Source: Clostridia bacterium
GTDB lineage: Bacteria > Bacillota > Clostridia > Oscillospirales > Acutalibacteraceae
Reading direction: 5' to 3'
Length of the DNA: 64,000 nt
NCBI GenBank assembly: GCA_017396895.1
Contig: JAFQKN010000102.1
Span: 3,472-67,471, forward strand
Shown: piece by piece, positions 9,472 through 19,627 of the stretch
How positions within the stretch are numbered: position 1 is the first letter of the stretch
Layout of the letters: the number at the start of each line of letters is the position of its first letter
Program-made: the position numbers and the translations under genes
The notes under the pieces: generated by a model
Databases searched by the model: none
Told to the model about the DNA's origin: nothing
What the model saw: only the letters and a program-made list of their open reading frames with translations

Positions 9472-10812
9472 GTGGAAACGGAAAACAGGAAAAAGAAAAA
9501 GAAAAAGACGAAATGGCATATTCCTACCGATATTGATTTTTCCATTGAATCTCCCGCATTAAAAAAAGCATTGCTGATCATCGGCCTGCTGCTGGTGTTG
9601 GTTTTGGCGGGATATCATATTCTTCAATCTGCAAATGATTCGCTGTTGGACATTGAAACCGTGACCGCAGTTAAGACCGAATATGTCAAAAGCCTGCAAA
9701 CGGAGGCATTTATCGTGCGCGATGAACGCTATATCCAAGGCGGACAAAACGGCGGATATGTCGTTGCATTGGTAGAGGACGGCACGAAGGTTTCCGGGAA
9801 TGACAGCGTTGTCAACATATTCAGAAGTGAATCCGATGCCCAGAGTTATTTTAATCTGCAAGCGGTTGAATCGGATATTGCATATTATGAAAATATACAA
9901 AATACCGCAGTTGTAAACACTTTGTCGGATATATCCTCTTATGATGCAAGAGTCGAAGACGGCATTTACGCACTGATCGGTGCGATCGATCGCAAGGCTC
10001 CGTCGCAGATGTCTGAATATACCGATGCATTCCGCGCGGCGGTTACCAAGCGCAATATTGCAGTGGGCAACCGTGTGGACGTATCGGAAACCCTGTCCGC
10101 GCTGTATGCACAAAGAACGCAGTTGCGCAACAAGCAGATCGGTTTTACAAGCATTCCTGCCGATGTTGCGGGTTACTATGTCAATTCGGTTGACGGGTAT
10201 GAGTCTGCTTGCGGTGTGTATGACAATATGGCCTTTGCGCAGGACAGTGAAAAACTCACAGCAAAAATAAAAACCGTTGATACCGCAACCGTACAGTCTT
10301 TGCTGGAACTTAAACCGACAGAAAGCAATTCCCGTTACGGTAAACTTATTACAGGATTTATTTGGTACATCGTTTGCAACGTCCCGACGGAAAGCGTTTC
10401 CGATTTTTATATCGGACAACGGTTGCAAGTGAGTTTTCCCGATGAACTTGCAAATGAAATTGAAGTAAAAGTCGCGGCAATGAACGCAGACGGAACAGGG
10501 CAAACGGCACTGGTTTTGAGTGCAACGGCCATGGATGCACAGTATGCAAACTTGCGAAAAGTTGATGTGGTGATCGCACTTGAAACGTATACGGGATTCA
10601 AAGTCGATCAGACCGCCATGCGAGTAGTAGACGGCGAAAACGGTGTTTACGTCCTGTTGGGAAATGTCATTCGTTTCCGCAAGGTGGAAAGCATTTATTC
10701 CGAAGAAGAATTCCACATTGTTGACGCAAGCGGTCAAAGCGGATATTTGAAACCTTTTGATGAAATTATTTTAGGAGGTACGCAATTGTATGACGGAAAA
10801 CTTGTCCGCTGA
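9472..10812 (+). CDS. membrane-anchored HlyD/membrane-fusion-like protein (division-cluster associated), function unknown
   Basis: GTG start, a poly-Lys N-terminus (ENRKKKKKKTKW), one TM helix (ALLIIGLLLVLVLAGY) and a long extracytoplasmic region with beta-rich ends around a helical middle. The family assignment is from memory of similarly placed Clostridia genes, so it is weak. Confidence 0.45.
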   Translation: METENRKKKKKKTKWHIPTDIDFSIESPALKKALLIIGLLLVLVLAGYHILQSANDSLLDIETVTAVKTEYVKSLQTEAFIVRDERYIQGGQNGGYVVALVEDGTKVSGNDSVVNIFRSESDAQSYFNLQAVESDIAYYENIQNTAVVNTLSDISSYDARVEDGIYALIGAIDRKAPSQMSEYTDAFRAAVTKRNIAVGNRVDVSETLSALYAQRTQLRNKQIGFTSIPADVAGYYVNSVDGYESACGVYDNMAFAQDSEKLTAKIKTVDTATVQSLLELKPTESNSRYGKLITGFIWYIVCNVPTESVSDFYIGQRLQVSFPDELANEIEVKVAAMNADGTGQTALVLSATAMDAQYANLRKVDVVIALETYTGFKVDQTAMRVVDGENGVYVLLGNVIRFRKVESIYSEEEFHIVDASGQSGYLKPFDEIILGGTQLYDGKLVR

Positions 10813-11509
10813 GGCGGTGTTTCGGGATATTGAAGAGAATTACCGACAGATATTGCAAAACATGGAAGCGGCATCCGCACAGGCCGGTATAAAGCGTGAA
10901 ACAGTACGTTTCATGGCCGTTACCAAAACCGTACCGCCCCTTTTTGTCAACCATGCCTTGCAACTGGGGATCGATCTGATCGGTGAAAACAAAGTGCAGG
11001 AATTGCTCGAAAAGAAACCGCTTCTCAATGGCAATTTCCAATCACATCTGATCGGTCATCTGCAGACCAATAAAGTCAAAAAGATCATCCGCGAAGTGAG
11101 TATGATCCAATCCGTAGACAGCTTGCATCTGGCACGGGAAATCTCAAAACAGGCACAGACGGCAGAATTGACGATGCCGATTTTATTGGAACTGAACATC
11201 GGGGAAGAAGAATCAAAAAGCGGTTTTATGCCGGACGGTTTTGATGAAATTGCTTTGCAGATCGCACAATTGCCGAATCTGTCCGTGGACGGTGTGATGG
11301 CTGTGCCGCCCATTTGTGAGACCGAAAAAGAGATCCGTCAATGGTTTTCTTTGGTGCGCAAACGGTATGAGGATCTGAAAAAACATCCTGCGTTGCAAAA
11401 TATGCATACTCTTTCCATGGGGATGTCTTCAGACTATACAGAAGCGATACTGGAAGGAGCCAATCTCGTCAGAGTCGGCAGTGCATTATTCGGACACAGA
11501 AGATATTGA
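10790..11509 (+). CDS. yggS: YggS/YlmE-family pyridoxal-phosphate homeostasis protein
   Basis: RFMAVTKTVPP (PLP Lys), IGENKVQEL, HLIGHLQTNKVK, LSMGMSSDYTEAI, VRVGSALFG. Confidence 0.92.
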   Translation: MTENLSAEAVFRDIEENYRQILQNMEAASAQAGIKRETVRFMAVTKTVPPLFVNHALQLGIDLIGENKVQELLEKKPLLNGNFQSHLIGHLQTNKVKKIIREVSMIQSVDSLHLAREISKQAQTAELTMPILLELNIGEEESKSGFMPDGFDEIALQIAQLPNLSVDGVMAVPPICETEKEIRQWFSLVRKRYEDLKKHPALQNMHTLSMGMSSDYTEAILEGANLVRVGSALFGHRRY

Positions 11510-11542
11510 TAATCATTATATATATTGAAAGGATTGTAGTAT

Positions 11543-12034
11543 ATGGCATTCAGTGATAAGTTGAAAAGACTGTTTAATATCGACGAAAGTGAGTTCTTTG
11601 ATGATGTCGATACGGATGACGTAGCCGATACCGAAGTCGATGCGGAACCGCAGTTATCCAGAGTGGCAACCCCCAAACGAACAGAGCGCAGATCTTCTGC
11701 TTCTTCTTCATCTTCCTTTTCTTCGGGGGCAAGAGTTGTGGATATTCACACCACTGCAAAAGTACAGGTCGTGCTGAAAAAACCGGAACGTTTCGACGAT
11801 GCCACAGCCATTGCCGATGAACTGCTGGACAAGCGTACGGTGCTTATCAACATGGAAGACACGGCTAAGGAAGAAGTTAATAAAATATTGTGGTTTTTAA
11901 GCGGTGTTGCTTATGCAAACGGCGGAAATCTGAAAAAGGTCGCAAAGCGTACTTATATGATCACCCCTTATAATGTGGATGTGCTTGGTGACTTGCTTGA
12001 CGAACTTGAAAGCAACGGTATGTTCTTCGTATAA
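11543..12034 (+). CDS. sepF: cell division protein SepF
   Basis: Acidic N-terminus, a Ser-rich linker (RRSSASSSSSFSSG) and a C-terminal core VVLKKPERFDDATAIADELLDKRTVLINMEDT...FLSGVAYANGGNLKKVAKRTYMITP. Confidence 0.9.
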   Translation: MAFSDKLKRLFNIDESEFFDDVDTDDVADTEVDAEPQLSRVATPKRTERRSSASSSSSFSSGARVVDIHTTAKVQVVLKKPERFDDATAIADELLDKRTVLINMEDTAKEEVNKILWFLSGVAYANGGNLKKVAKRTYMITPYNVDVLGDLLDELESNGMFFV

Positions 12035-12066
12035 TCAAGATCAATGATCAAAAAGGAGATATTTAT

Positions 12067-15000
12067 ATGTTAAATCCGACTCAATTAAAGCTTCACAGTT
12101 TCCAGTTGCTTGAAAACGGTTGTTATTCTCCTCGCGAAGTCGATAATTTCTTCCGTCAGGTTACGGAAGATTACAGTTCCATGTTTTCCGAAAACGGTGA
12201 ATTGGTGCGCAAGTTGGGTATTCTTGCCGCAAAACTGGAGGAATACCGTAAGGATGAATCTGTCTTACGAGACGTTCTTATGAATGCGCAGAAAAATGCG
12301 GAATTGTTGATCGCTTCGGCTCAGCAACGTGCAAATGACATGATCGAAGAAGCCAATGCGCAGGTACAGCGCATTATGAAAGAGGGCGAAACGATCATTG
12401 ATTCTGCCAATGACAAAGCACACAAGATCACCGTTGCCGCAGAGGCAGAATATGACAGCCTGATCGCGTCTGCAAAGGTTCTTGCGGACAGTTATACCAC
12501 CACTGCCAATGAGCGTTGTGCGGCAATTCAACAACAGACGCAACTTGCAGTTGAACAGATGCTTCTCGATGCACAGGCACAGGCTGAACTGGTTCTCGAA
12601 CAGGCACAGACGGATGCGCAGGCGATTCGTGATGAAGCGGCTGCATCTGTGGATACTTATGTGAGTGAACTGCGCGAGGCTACACTTCTTGAAATTGAAA
12701 ATTCAGCAGAGCAGGCAAAGCGTTTGTTTGCAGAGTCGCAGGCAGAAGCCGACCGTATCATAAGTGAAGCCGAGCGTGCCGGTGAAGAAGCTGCAGCGGA
12801 AGCCGAACGCGTCAAAGCCGAAGCAACGCAGGAAGCTGAACGTGTGATTGCACAGGCAAATGAGCAGGCTGATATGATAACAATTGATGCGGCAAGAGAA
12901 GCAGATGAATTGCTTCGTGATACAAGAGAGCAAACCGAACGCTTGTTGGCATCTGCATACGATCAAAAACAAAAAATTGAAACCGACAGTAAAACCGAAT
13001 CCGAACAGTTGTTGGCAACAAGCCGTCTGCAGGCAGAAAGTCTTGTTGATGAAGCACATCGTCTTGCTGCCGATGCCGCAAAGCAGTATGAGGAAATGAT
13101 GCAGGAAGCAACCGCGCAGGCACAGGCACTTTTGGATGATGGGCGCAGTAAAGCGGTTGCCATGCTTGAAGAAGCACAGACCGTTTCACAGGAAGCAAAA
13201 TCCCGTTCCGAAGCGGGTAGTCAGGAGATCCTTGTCCGTATCAAGGAACAGGCTCTTAAAATGCTTACCGATGCAAAGGCTTATTCGGATGAAGTATGCG
13301 AGCGTGTACTTACGCAGGCCGAACAGGTGCTTACTGCCGCCAAACTGGAGGCAGACAGAATTCTCAGTGATGCAAAAGAATATGCCGAAAGAACGAAAAA
13401 AGAGGTTACCGAACTGTCCGATTCCCGCATGACGCAGGCTATTGACGTTTCCGGTAAATTGATCGCTTCTGCACAGGAAGATGCACAAAAGATCGTGGCT
13501 ACTGCACAAACAAGAGTATCGGTTGCCTTTGATGATGTGGAAGGCAAGGTGCAACAGACTCTGCAGGATGCCGAACAGATGCGTGCAGAACTTCTTGAAC
13601 AGGCAAGAGTCTCTGCAGAAGAAGTCACAACCGCAGCAGATGAAAGCGCACAGCGTATGCTGGATGAGGCCATTGAAAAAGCGGCAGATATGCTCATTGC
13701 CGCAAAAACGGAAAGCGAACGAATTTCTGCGTTGACGGCGGATATGAAAAAGCAACTTGCCGATGCCATTGCAATGGCTCAGACAGAATATGATGCACTG
13801 CGTGAAAAAGCAATGGAATTGCGCAAAAAGATGCTCGCGCAGTTGCTGACGGAAGAAGAACAGGCAGAAGAAACACAGAGACGTTCCTTGCGCGATATTC
13901 CCGAATTGGATCCGCAGGCTATGTTGCGTGAAGGTATGCAACGTGCAAAAGCCTCCATCTCCGAAGGTGAAAAATCCTCTATTGCGGTTTTGGAAGAAAG
14001 TGGAATTTATGAGCCGCGCACAGAATTCCCCGAGGAAATTCCCCCTGTAGAATCTGTCAGTGTTCCCGAAATGGTTGCAGACGTGCAGAGCCGCATCGAT
14101 ATTGACGGTAATTTTGACGGCTTGGTCAGAGAGGCTGAACCGATCGATGCTTTGCCCGAAATTACAGGCGGTGAAGGGTTGGAAGATCAGATTCTCAGCA
14201 ATGCGGCAATTGATGTCGGTGAAGTGGTAGATACACTCATCGGTGAAGATGGTTTTATTACCGTGGATGAGAGCATTGTTACGGATGTAACTCCGCCCGC
14301 AGTTGAGCAGTTTGATGATCTGCCCGATTTTGATTCCATGATATCCGATTACAATGCAGTAAAATTAGCAGATCCCACTCCCTTGCATCCTGAAAAGAAA
14401 GCACAGATTGCCATAACCGAAAATACTTCCTTGGATGAACTGTTGGATGCTGTTTTTGATCCTCTGGATGCGCAGGATTCGCAGGGAGAACAGGCAATGA
14501 CCGCCGAACAGGTCGTAACAGAACCTGTTGCGCAACCTGCAATTGAAATTCCGGAAACGCCTGCCGTTGCCGAGGCGGAAGATGGGGAAGAATGGGAAGA
14601 CTTCGACGATTTTGAAGATATCGGTGACGATTTCGATGTTTCTGTTCCTGCACAGCAGGCGGAAGTTGCTTCTGTAACAAAGATTGCAGATGTCGAGCAA
14701 CTTGAACCGCAGATCATAACGCAGACAGAACAGTCTTCCGACGATTTTTCAGAACCCGAAATGCAACAGGAGCCCGCAGTCGAGGAGTCCGAACCCGATT
14801 ATATTGCACCCGTGCATGAAGACTTTGTGCAGGAAGACAGTGTGTTTACCGATTACGATGCAGATCTTCGCGGCTTTGACGATATTTCCGATGCTGAATC
14901 GGCTCAAATGCAGGCCGAGGAAGGCACAACCGAAGATGACGGTTTTGATATCGATTTTTCCGTGTTTGAAAACGCACCTCGCCGCCAGACACCGCCTGTC

Positions 15001-15069
15001 ACGGAGGAAGAACCTGTCGGCGGATCAAAACGCGGCGGCGGAAGATTTCGCAAAAATAAGAAGAAATAA
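12067..15069 (+). CDS. DivIVA-domain protein, unusually long (1000 aa)
   Basis: The N-terminus HSFQLLENGCYSPREVDNFFRQVTEDYSSMFSENGELVRKLGILAAKLEEYRKDESVLRDVLMNAQKNAE is a DivIVA domain. It is followed by about 550 aa of degenerate A/E/Q-rich coiled-coil repeats (AExEAxxIIxxA type), about 370 aa of acidic low-complexity sequence and a basic tail, GGSKRGGGRFRKNKKK. Confidence 0.85.
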   Translation: MLNPTQLKLHSFQLLENGCYSPREVDNFFRQVTEDYSSMFSENGELVRKLGILAAKLEEYRKDESVLRDVLMNAQKNAELLIASAQQRANDMIEEANAQVQRIMKEGETIIDSANDKAHKITVAAEAEYDSLIASAKVLADSYTTTANERCAAIQQQTQLAVEQMLLDAQAQAELVLEQAQTDAQAIRDEAAASVDTYVSELREATLLEIENSAEQAKRLFAESQAEADRIISEAERAGEEAAAEAERVKAEATQEAERVIAQANEQADMITIDAAREADELLRDTREQTERLLASAYDQKQKIETDSKTESEQLLATSRLQAESLVDEAHRLAADAAKQYEEMMQEATAQAQALLDDGRSKAVAMLEEAQTVSQEAKSRSEAGSQEILVRIKEQALKMLTDAKAYSDEVCERVLTQAEQVLTAAKLEADRILSDAKEYAERTKKEVTELSDSRMTQAIDVSGKLIASAQEDAQKIVATAQTRVSVAFDDVEGKVQQTLQDAEQMRAELLEQARVSAEEVTTAADESAQRMLDEAIEKAADMLIAAKTESERISALTADMKKQLADAIAMAQTEYDALREKAMELRKKMLAQLLTEEEQAEETQRRSLRDIPELDPQAMLREGMQRAKASISEGEKSSIAVLEESGIYEPRTEFPEEIPPVESVSVPEMVADVQSRIDIDGNFDGLVREAEPIDALPEITGGEGLEDQILSNAAIDVGEVVDTLIGEDGFITVDESIVTDVTPPAVEQFDDLPDFDSMISDYNAVKLADPTPLHPEKKAQIAITENTSLDELLDAVFDPLDAQDSQGEQAMTAEQVVTEPVAQPAIEIPETPAVAEAEDGEEWEDFDDFEDIGDDFDVSVPAQQAEVASVTKIADVEQLEPQIITQTEQSSDDFSEPEMQQEPAVEESEPDYIAPVHEDFVQEDSVFTDYDADLRGFDDISDAESAQMQAEEGTTEDDGFDIDFSVFENAPRRQTPPVTEEEPVGGSKRGGGRFRKNKKK

Positions 15070-15075
15070 GAGGAA

Positions 15076-15609
15076 ATGCAGTTGAAATATACGCGCAAAT
15101 GCATTGTTTTGATGCAAATGATTTCCGTTCTTGCTCTTACGGCAATCGATCAACTGATTAAATTTGCCGTGCTGAAACATCTTGTTCCCGTCGGTAAGAT
15201 CGTTGTGTTGGACGGTTTTTTGGCATGGACGTATGCAGAAAACACAGGTGCGGCATTCAGTATTTTTTCCGGAAACACCGATTTTCTGTCGGTTTTCACG
15301 GCGGTTGCATTGCTCATCGGTACGGGATTTCTGATCTTCTCCAAAAAGCATCATATTATATATGATATATGTGTGCCCCTGCTTATTGCAGGCGGTCTGG
15401 GGAATCTCATTGATCGCATTGCAAGAGGATTTGTTATTGATTATATACAGGTTTTGTTTATCAATTTTCCCGTATTTAATTTTGCTGATTGTCTTGTGAC
15501 CTGTTCTGCCATTGCACTGATGATCTATCTTGTGTATGACATGATCCGCGAAACAAAACAGGACAGAGCAAAAAAGAAAGCGGAAAGTGCGGAGAATGCC
15601 GATGGATGA
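15076..15609 (+). CDS. lspA: lipoprotein signal peptidase (signal peptidase II)
   Basis: AIDQLIKFAV, YAENTGAAFSIFSG, GGLGNLIDRIARGFVIDYI, FNFADCLVT. Confidence 0.92.
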   Translation: MQLKYTRKCIVLMQMISVLALTAIDQLIKFAVLKHLVPVGKIVVLDGFLAWTYAENTGAAFSIFSGNTDFLSVFTAVALLIGTGFLIFSKKHHIIYDICVPLLIAGGLGNLIDRIARGFVIDYIQVLFINFPVFNFADCLVTCSAIALMIYLVYDMIRETKQDRAKKKAESAENADG

Positions 15610-16516
15610 ACGTATTTTTACCGTCACTGCGGAAGAAGACGGGCAAAGACTTGATAAACTGATCTGTCTGCATTTTCCCGATCTTACGAGATCGGCGGTT
15701 CAGAAGCACATCGAAAATGAAAACGTGTTTGTAAATGACCGCCCTGTTGTCAAGAGTTGCAAACCGAAAACGGGTGATGTCATTTGCCTTGAATTGCCGG
15801 AACCGCAGGTGCTCGATGTGGTGGCACAGGACATCCCTTTGGATATTGTGTACGAGGACGATGATCTTTTGGTCGTCAATAAGCCCAAAGGTATGGTCGT
15901 GCATCCCGCCGCCGGCAATTACGACGGAACGCTTGTGAATGCACTTTTGTATCACTGCGGAGACTCTTTATCGGGTATCAACGGAGTGATCCGTCCGGGT
16001 ATTGTGCACCGCATCGACAAAGACACAAGCGGACTGTTGATCGTCGCAAAAAACGATGCCTCTCATCAGCATCTCGCCGCACAGATTCAGGCGCATTCAT
16101 TCAAAAGGGAATACCGCGCGGTGGTTGTCGGAAGAATGCCGCAACACAAGGGTACGATCGATCTCCCGTTAGGCAGAAGCCCTGTTGATCGCAAAAAACA
16201 GGCCGTTAACGGACTGAATCCGCGCAGAGCAGTAACGCATTACGAAGTGATGGAAGAATACAGCGGTTATTCGCTGTGCCGTTTCACGCTGGAAACAGGC
16301 AGAACGCACCAGATCCGTGTGCATTGTGCGGCTTTGGGACATCCCGTTGCAGGGGATACGGTATACGGAAATCCCAAGCAGACACTCAACTTGAACGGGC
16401 AATGTCTGCATGCGGCTGTGATCGGATTTATACATCCGACCGCAAAAACCTATCTTGAGTTTTCTGCAGATCTGCCGGATTATTTTACGGCATTTTTGCA
16501 TAAAATCAAACAATAA
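15602..16516 (+). CDS. rluD: RluA/RluD-family 23S rRNA pseudouridine synthase
   Basis: S4-like N-terminus (GQRLDKLI...SRSAVQKHIENENVFVN), then VNKPKGMVVHP, the catalytic GIVHRIDKDTSGLLIVAKND, and TGRTHQIRVHCA. The start is 15602, 15596 or 15587 and overlaps the lspA end. Confidence 0.92.
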   Translation: MDERIFTVTAEEDGQRLDKLICLHFPDLTRSAVQKHIENENVFVNDRPVVKSCKPKTGDVICLELPEPQVLDVVAQDIPLDIVYEDDDLLVVNKPKGMVVHPAAGNYDGTLVNALLYHCGDSLSGINGVIRPGIVHRIDKDTSGLLIVAKNDASHQHLAAQIQAHSFKREYRAVVVGRMPQHKGTIDLPLGRSPVDRKKQAVNGLNPRRAVTHYEVMEEYSGYSLCRFTLETGRTHQIRVHCAALGHPVAGDTVYGNPKQTLNLNGQCLHAAVIGFIHPTAKTYLEFSADLPDYFTAFLHKIKQ

Positions 16517-16555
16517 ATCAATCGAAAACCAAAAATAAAAAGGAGTGACCTCAGT

Positions 16556-17401
16556 ATGGACACAGCAGAAAGAAAACAGCTTAAACTTACCGCTTGCAAC
16601 GTCAGAAAAGGCATCATCGAAGGCACATTCAATGCAAAATCCGGTCATCCGGGCGGATCTCTTTCGATCGCTGAATTGCTTACGTTCCTTTATTTCAAAG
16701 AAATGAACGTGGACCCCGCGAACCCGAAATGGGAAAAACGTGACCGTTTCGTTTTGTCCAAAGGACATGCCGCACCTGCACTGTATGCCGTGCTTGCGGA
16801 AAAAGGATTTTTCCCGGTTGCTGATCTCAAAACACTCAGAAAATCAGATTCTTACCTGCAGGGCCATCCGAATATGAACTACGTACCCGGTGTGGATATG
16901 AGCACGGGTTCTCTCGGTCAGGGGGTGTCCACGGCTGTGGGGATGGCACTCGCTTCCAAGCGTTCGGGTGAAAATTTTCGTGTTTACACCATCCTCGGAG
17001 ACGGTGAGATTCAGGAAGGTCAGGTATGGGAAGCGGCTATGTTTGCCGCCGCAAAGCAACTTTCCAACCTTTGCGTGATCGTGGATAACAACAATCTGCA
17101 GATCGACGGAACGGTTGAAGAAGTCAATTCTCCCTATCCCATCCCCGAGAAGTTTGCCGCATTCGGTTTCAATGTAATTGAAATCAACGGTAACTGCTAC
17201 TGCGATATCGAAAAAGCATTCGCCGCATTCAATGAATGCTCCGATAAGCCTACCGCCATCATTGCAAAGACGGTCAAGGGCAAGGGTGTTTCCTTTATGG
17301 AAAATCAGGTTTCCTGGCACGGTTCTGCACCCAATGCAGAACAGTACGCACAGGCAATGGCAGAACTGGATGCCGCAAAAGCAGAAATCGAAAACGCGTA
17401 A
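16556..17401 (+). CDS. transketolase, N-terminal (TPP-binding) subunit
   Basis: SGHPGGSLSIAELL, RDRFVLSKGHAAPALYA, GSLGQGVSTAVGMA, ILGDGEIQEGQVWEA, DNNNLQIDG. Confidence 0.95.
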   Translation: MDTAERKQLKLTACNVRKGIIEGTFNAKSGHPGGSLSIAELLTFLYFKEMNVDPANPKWEKRDRFVLSKGHAAPALYAVLAEKGFFPVADLKTLRKSDSYLQGHPNMNYVPGVDMSTGSLGQGVSTAVGMALASKRSGENFRVYTILGDGEIQEGQVWEAAMFAAAKQLSNLCVIVDNNNLQIDGTVEEVNSPYPIPEKFAAFGFNVIEINGNCYCDIEKAFAAFNECSDKPTAIIAKTVKGKGVSFMENQVSWHGSAPNAEQYAQAMAELDAAKAEIENA

Positions 17402-17419
17402 GGAAAGGGGAGTATAACA

Positions 17420-18364
17420 ATGGCTGATATTATTAAAACCGCTACCAGAGATGCTTACGGTAAAGCACTCGTTGAATTGGGAGAAAAAGTAGAAAAAATG
17501 GTCGTGTTTGATGCCGACCTTGCAGCCGCAACCAAAACGGGTATGTTCAAAAAAGCACATCCCGAAAAATTCATCGACTGCGGCATTGCAGAAGGCAACA
17601 TGATGGGTGTAGCCGCAGGTATGGCAAGTGCAGGTTATCTTGTTTTTGCAAGTTCCTTTGCCATGTTTGCCGCAGGCCGTGCATTTGAACAGGTGCGCAA
17701 TACCATCGCTTATCCGCATCTCAATGTCAAGATCGGTGCAACCCATGCCGGTATTTCCGTGGGTGAAGACGGTGCAAGCCATCAGTGCTGTGAAGACATT
17801 GCTCTTATGCGTTCCATTCCCGGTATGACCATTCTCAATCCTGCTGACGATGTGGAAGCACGTCTGGCTGTGCTCGCAGCCGCAGAAATGAACGGCCCTG
17901 TTTATATGCGTTTCGGCAGACTTGCTGTGCCGCGTGTGTTTGATGAAAACTATAAATTTGAGATCGGCAAAGGTGTTTATCTGACGGAAGGTACAGACGT
18001 TACCATCGTTGCAACCGGTCTTATGGTTGAACGTGCACTCGTTGCCGCTGAACAGCTCAAAGCAGAAGGTATCAGTGCGGCTGTTATCAATATGGCAACC
18101 ATCAAACCGCTTGACAAAGAAATTCTTCTTGATGCTGCAAACAAAACAGGTTGCATCGTAACGGCTGAAGAACACAACATCATCGGAGGTCTCGGTTCTG
18201 CTGTTGCTGAAGCACTCTCCGAAACCAAACCCGTGCCCGTTCTTCGCGTTGGTGTGGAAGATGTGTTCGGTAAATCCGGTCCCGCATTGGAGCTTCTTGA
18301 TATTTTCGGTCTGAATGCCGCAAATATCGTTGCTAAGGCAAAAGCCGCTATCGCGTTGAAATAA
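17420..18364 (+). CDS. transketolase, C-terminal (pyrimidine-binding) subunit
   Basis: RDAYGKALVELG, FIDCGIAEGNMMGVAAGMA, GATHAGISVGEDGASHQ, EDIALMRSIPGMT, TIKPLD. Confidence 0.95.
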   Translation: MADIIKTATRDAYGKALVELGEKVEKMVVFDADLAAATKTGMFKKAHPEKFIDCGIAEGNMMGVAAGMASAGYLVFASSFAMFAAGRAFEQVRNTIAYPHLNVKIGATHAGISVGEDGASHQCCEDIALMRSIPGMTILNPADDVEARLAVLAAAEMNGPVYMRFGRLAVPRVFDENYKFEIGKGVYLTEGTDVTIVATGLMVERALVAAEQLKAEGISAAVINMATIKPLDKEILLDAANKTGCIVTAEEHNIIGGLGSAVAEALSETKPVPVLRVGVEDVFGKSGPALELLDIFGLNAANIVAKAKAAIALK

Positions 18365-18376
18365 GGAGATCTGAAC

Positions 18377-19627
18377 ATGGCTTCTGATAGATATAATTAC
18401 GCAAAAGAATTATATGCAAAGATCGGTGTGGATACCGATGAAGTGCTCAAAAAGTTAGCAAGTGTGCAGATCTCCATGCAATGCTGGCAGGGGGATGACG
18501 TACAGGGATTTGACTCTGACGATGCGCTTTCGGGCGGCATTCAGGCAACGGGCAATTATCCCGGCAGAGCGCGCACGCCGCAGGAACTGATGCAGGATAT
18601 CGATGTTGCATTCTCCTTGATTCCCGGTAAGCACCGTGTCAATCTGCATTCTTCCTATGCCGTATTTGACGGTAATAAAGTTGATCGCGACCGTTTGGAG
18701 CCGGAGCATTTTGCCGCTTGGGTTGATTTTGCAAAAGAAAGAGGCATCGGCCTTGATATCAATCCCACGCTGTTTTCCCATCCCATGGCCGCAGACAGCC
18801 TGACACTTTCTTCTCCCGTTGAAAAAGTGCGCCGTTTCTGGATCGATCACTGCAAGGCCATGCGCAAAGTCGGTGCCTATTTCGGCAAGGAACTCGGCAC
18901 ACCGGCTCTTAACAATATCTGGATCCCCGACGGCTACAAGCAGACACCTGCCGACCGTGTCGGTCCGCGTCAGAGACTTAAAGAAGCTCTCGATGAAATT
19001 CTGTCGGTCGAGTACGACAAGAATGAACTGTTGGACAGCCTTGAATCCAAACTTTTCGGCATCGGTCTGGAATCCTATACGGTCGGTTCTTCCGAATTCT
19101 ACATGAATTACTGCGCCAAGAACAACCTCATGTGCCTGTTGGATGCAGGACATTATCATCCTACGGAAGTCATTTCCGACAAAATTGCCGCATTGCTCGT
19201 GTTCTCCGACAAGGTCGCATTGCACGTTTCTCGCGGTGTGCGTTGGGACAGCGACCACGTTGTTAATTTTGACGATGAACTCAAAGAGATTGCAAAGGAA
19301 ATTGTCCGCAACGATGCACTTGACCGTGTGATCATCGGCCTTGACTACTTTGATGCGAGCATCAACCGCATTGCCGCATGGGTGATCGGTATGCGCAATA
19401 TGATGAAAGCATTGCTGTACGCTTTGCTCACACCCAATGCCGCATTCAAACAGATGCAGGACGAAGGCAGATTTACCGAACTTCTTGCTATGACAGAAGA
19501 ACTCAAGTCCTATCCCTTCGCTGATGTTTGGGATGAATTTTGTGCACAGCAGGGTGTGCCCGTTCGTGATGAATGGATCGAAATTGTGCAGAAATATGAA
19601 AATGAAGTGCTTGCACAGCGCGTGTAA
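18377..19627 (+). CDS. rhaA: L-rhamnose isomerase
   Basis: Collinear over the full length with my recollection of E. coli RhaA: [102 protein letters not shown]. Confidence 0.93.
   Translation: MASDRYNYAKELYAKIGVDTDEVLKKLASVQISMQCWQGDDVQGFDSDDALSGGIQATGNYPGRARTPQELMQDIDVAFSLIPGKHRVNLHSSYAVFDGNKVDRDRLEPEHFAAWVDFAKERGIGLDINPTLFSHPMAADSLTLSSPVEKVRRFWIDHCKAMRKVGAYFGKELGTPALNNIWIPDGYKQTPADRVGPRQRLKEALDEILSVEYDKNELLDSLESKLFGIGLESYTVGSSEFYMNYCAKNNLMCLLDAGHYHPTEVISDKIAALLVFSDKVALHVSRGVRWDSDHVVNFDDELKEIAKEIVRNDALDRVIIGLDYFDASINRIAAWVIGMRNMMKALLYALLTPNAAFKQMQDEGRFTELLAMTEELKSYPFADVWDEFCAQQGVPVRDEWIEIVQKYENEVLAQRV

Noticed and set aside
12300-13900. A possible DNA-level tandem repeat or CRISPR-like periodicity inside the long DivIVA gene.
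   Set aside because: The repetition exists only at the degenerate amino-acid level (A/E/Q coiled coil). I could not find exact or near-exact nucleotide repeats.
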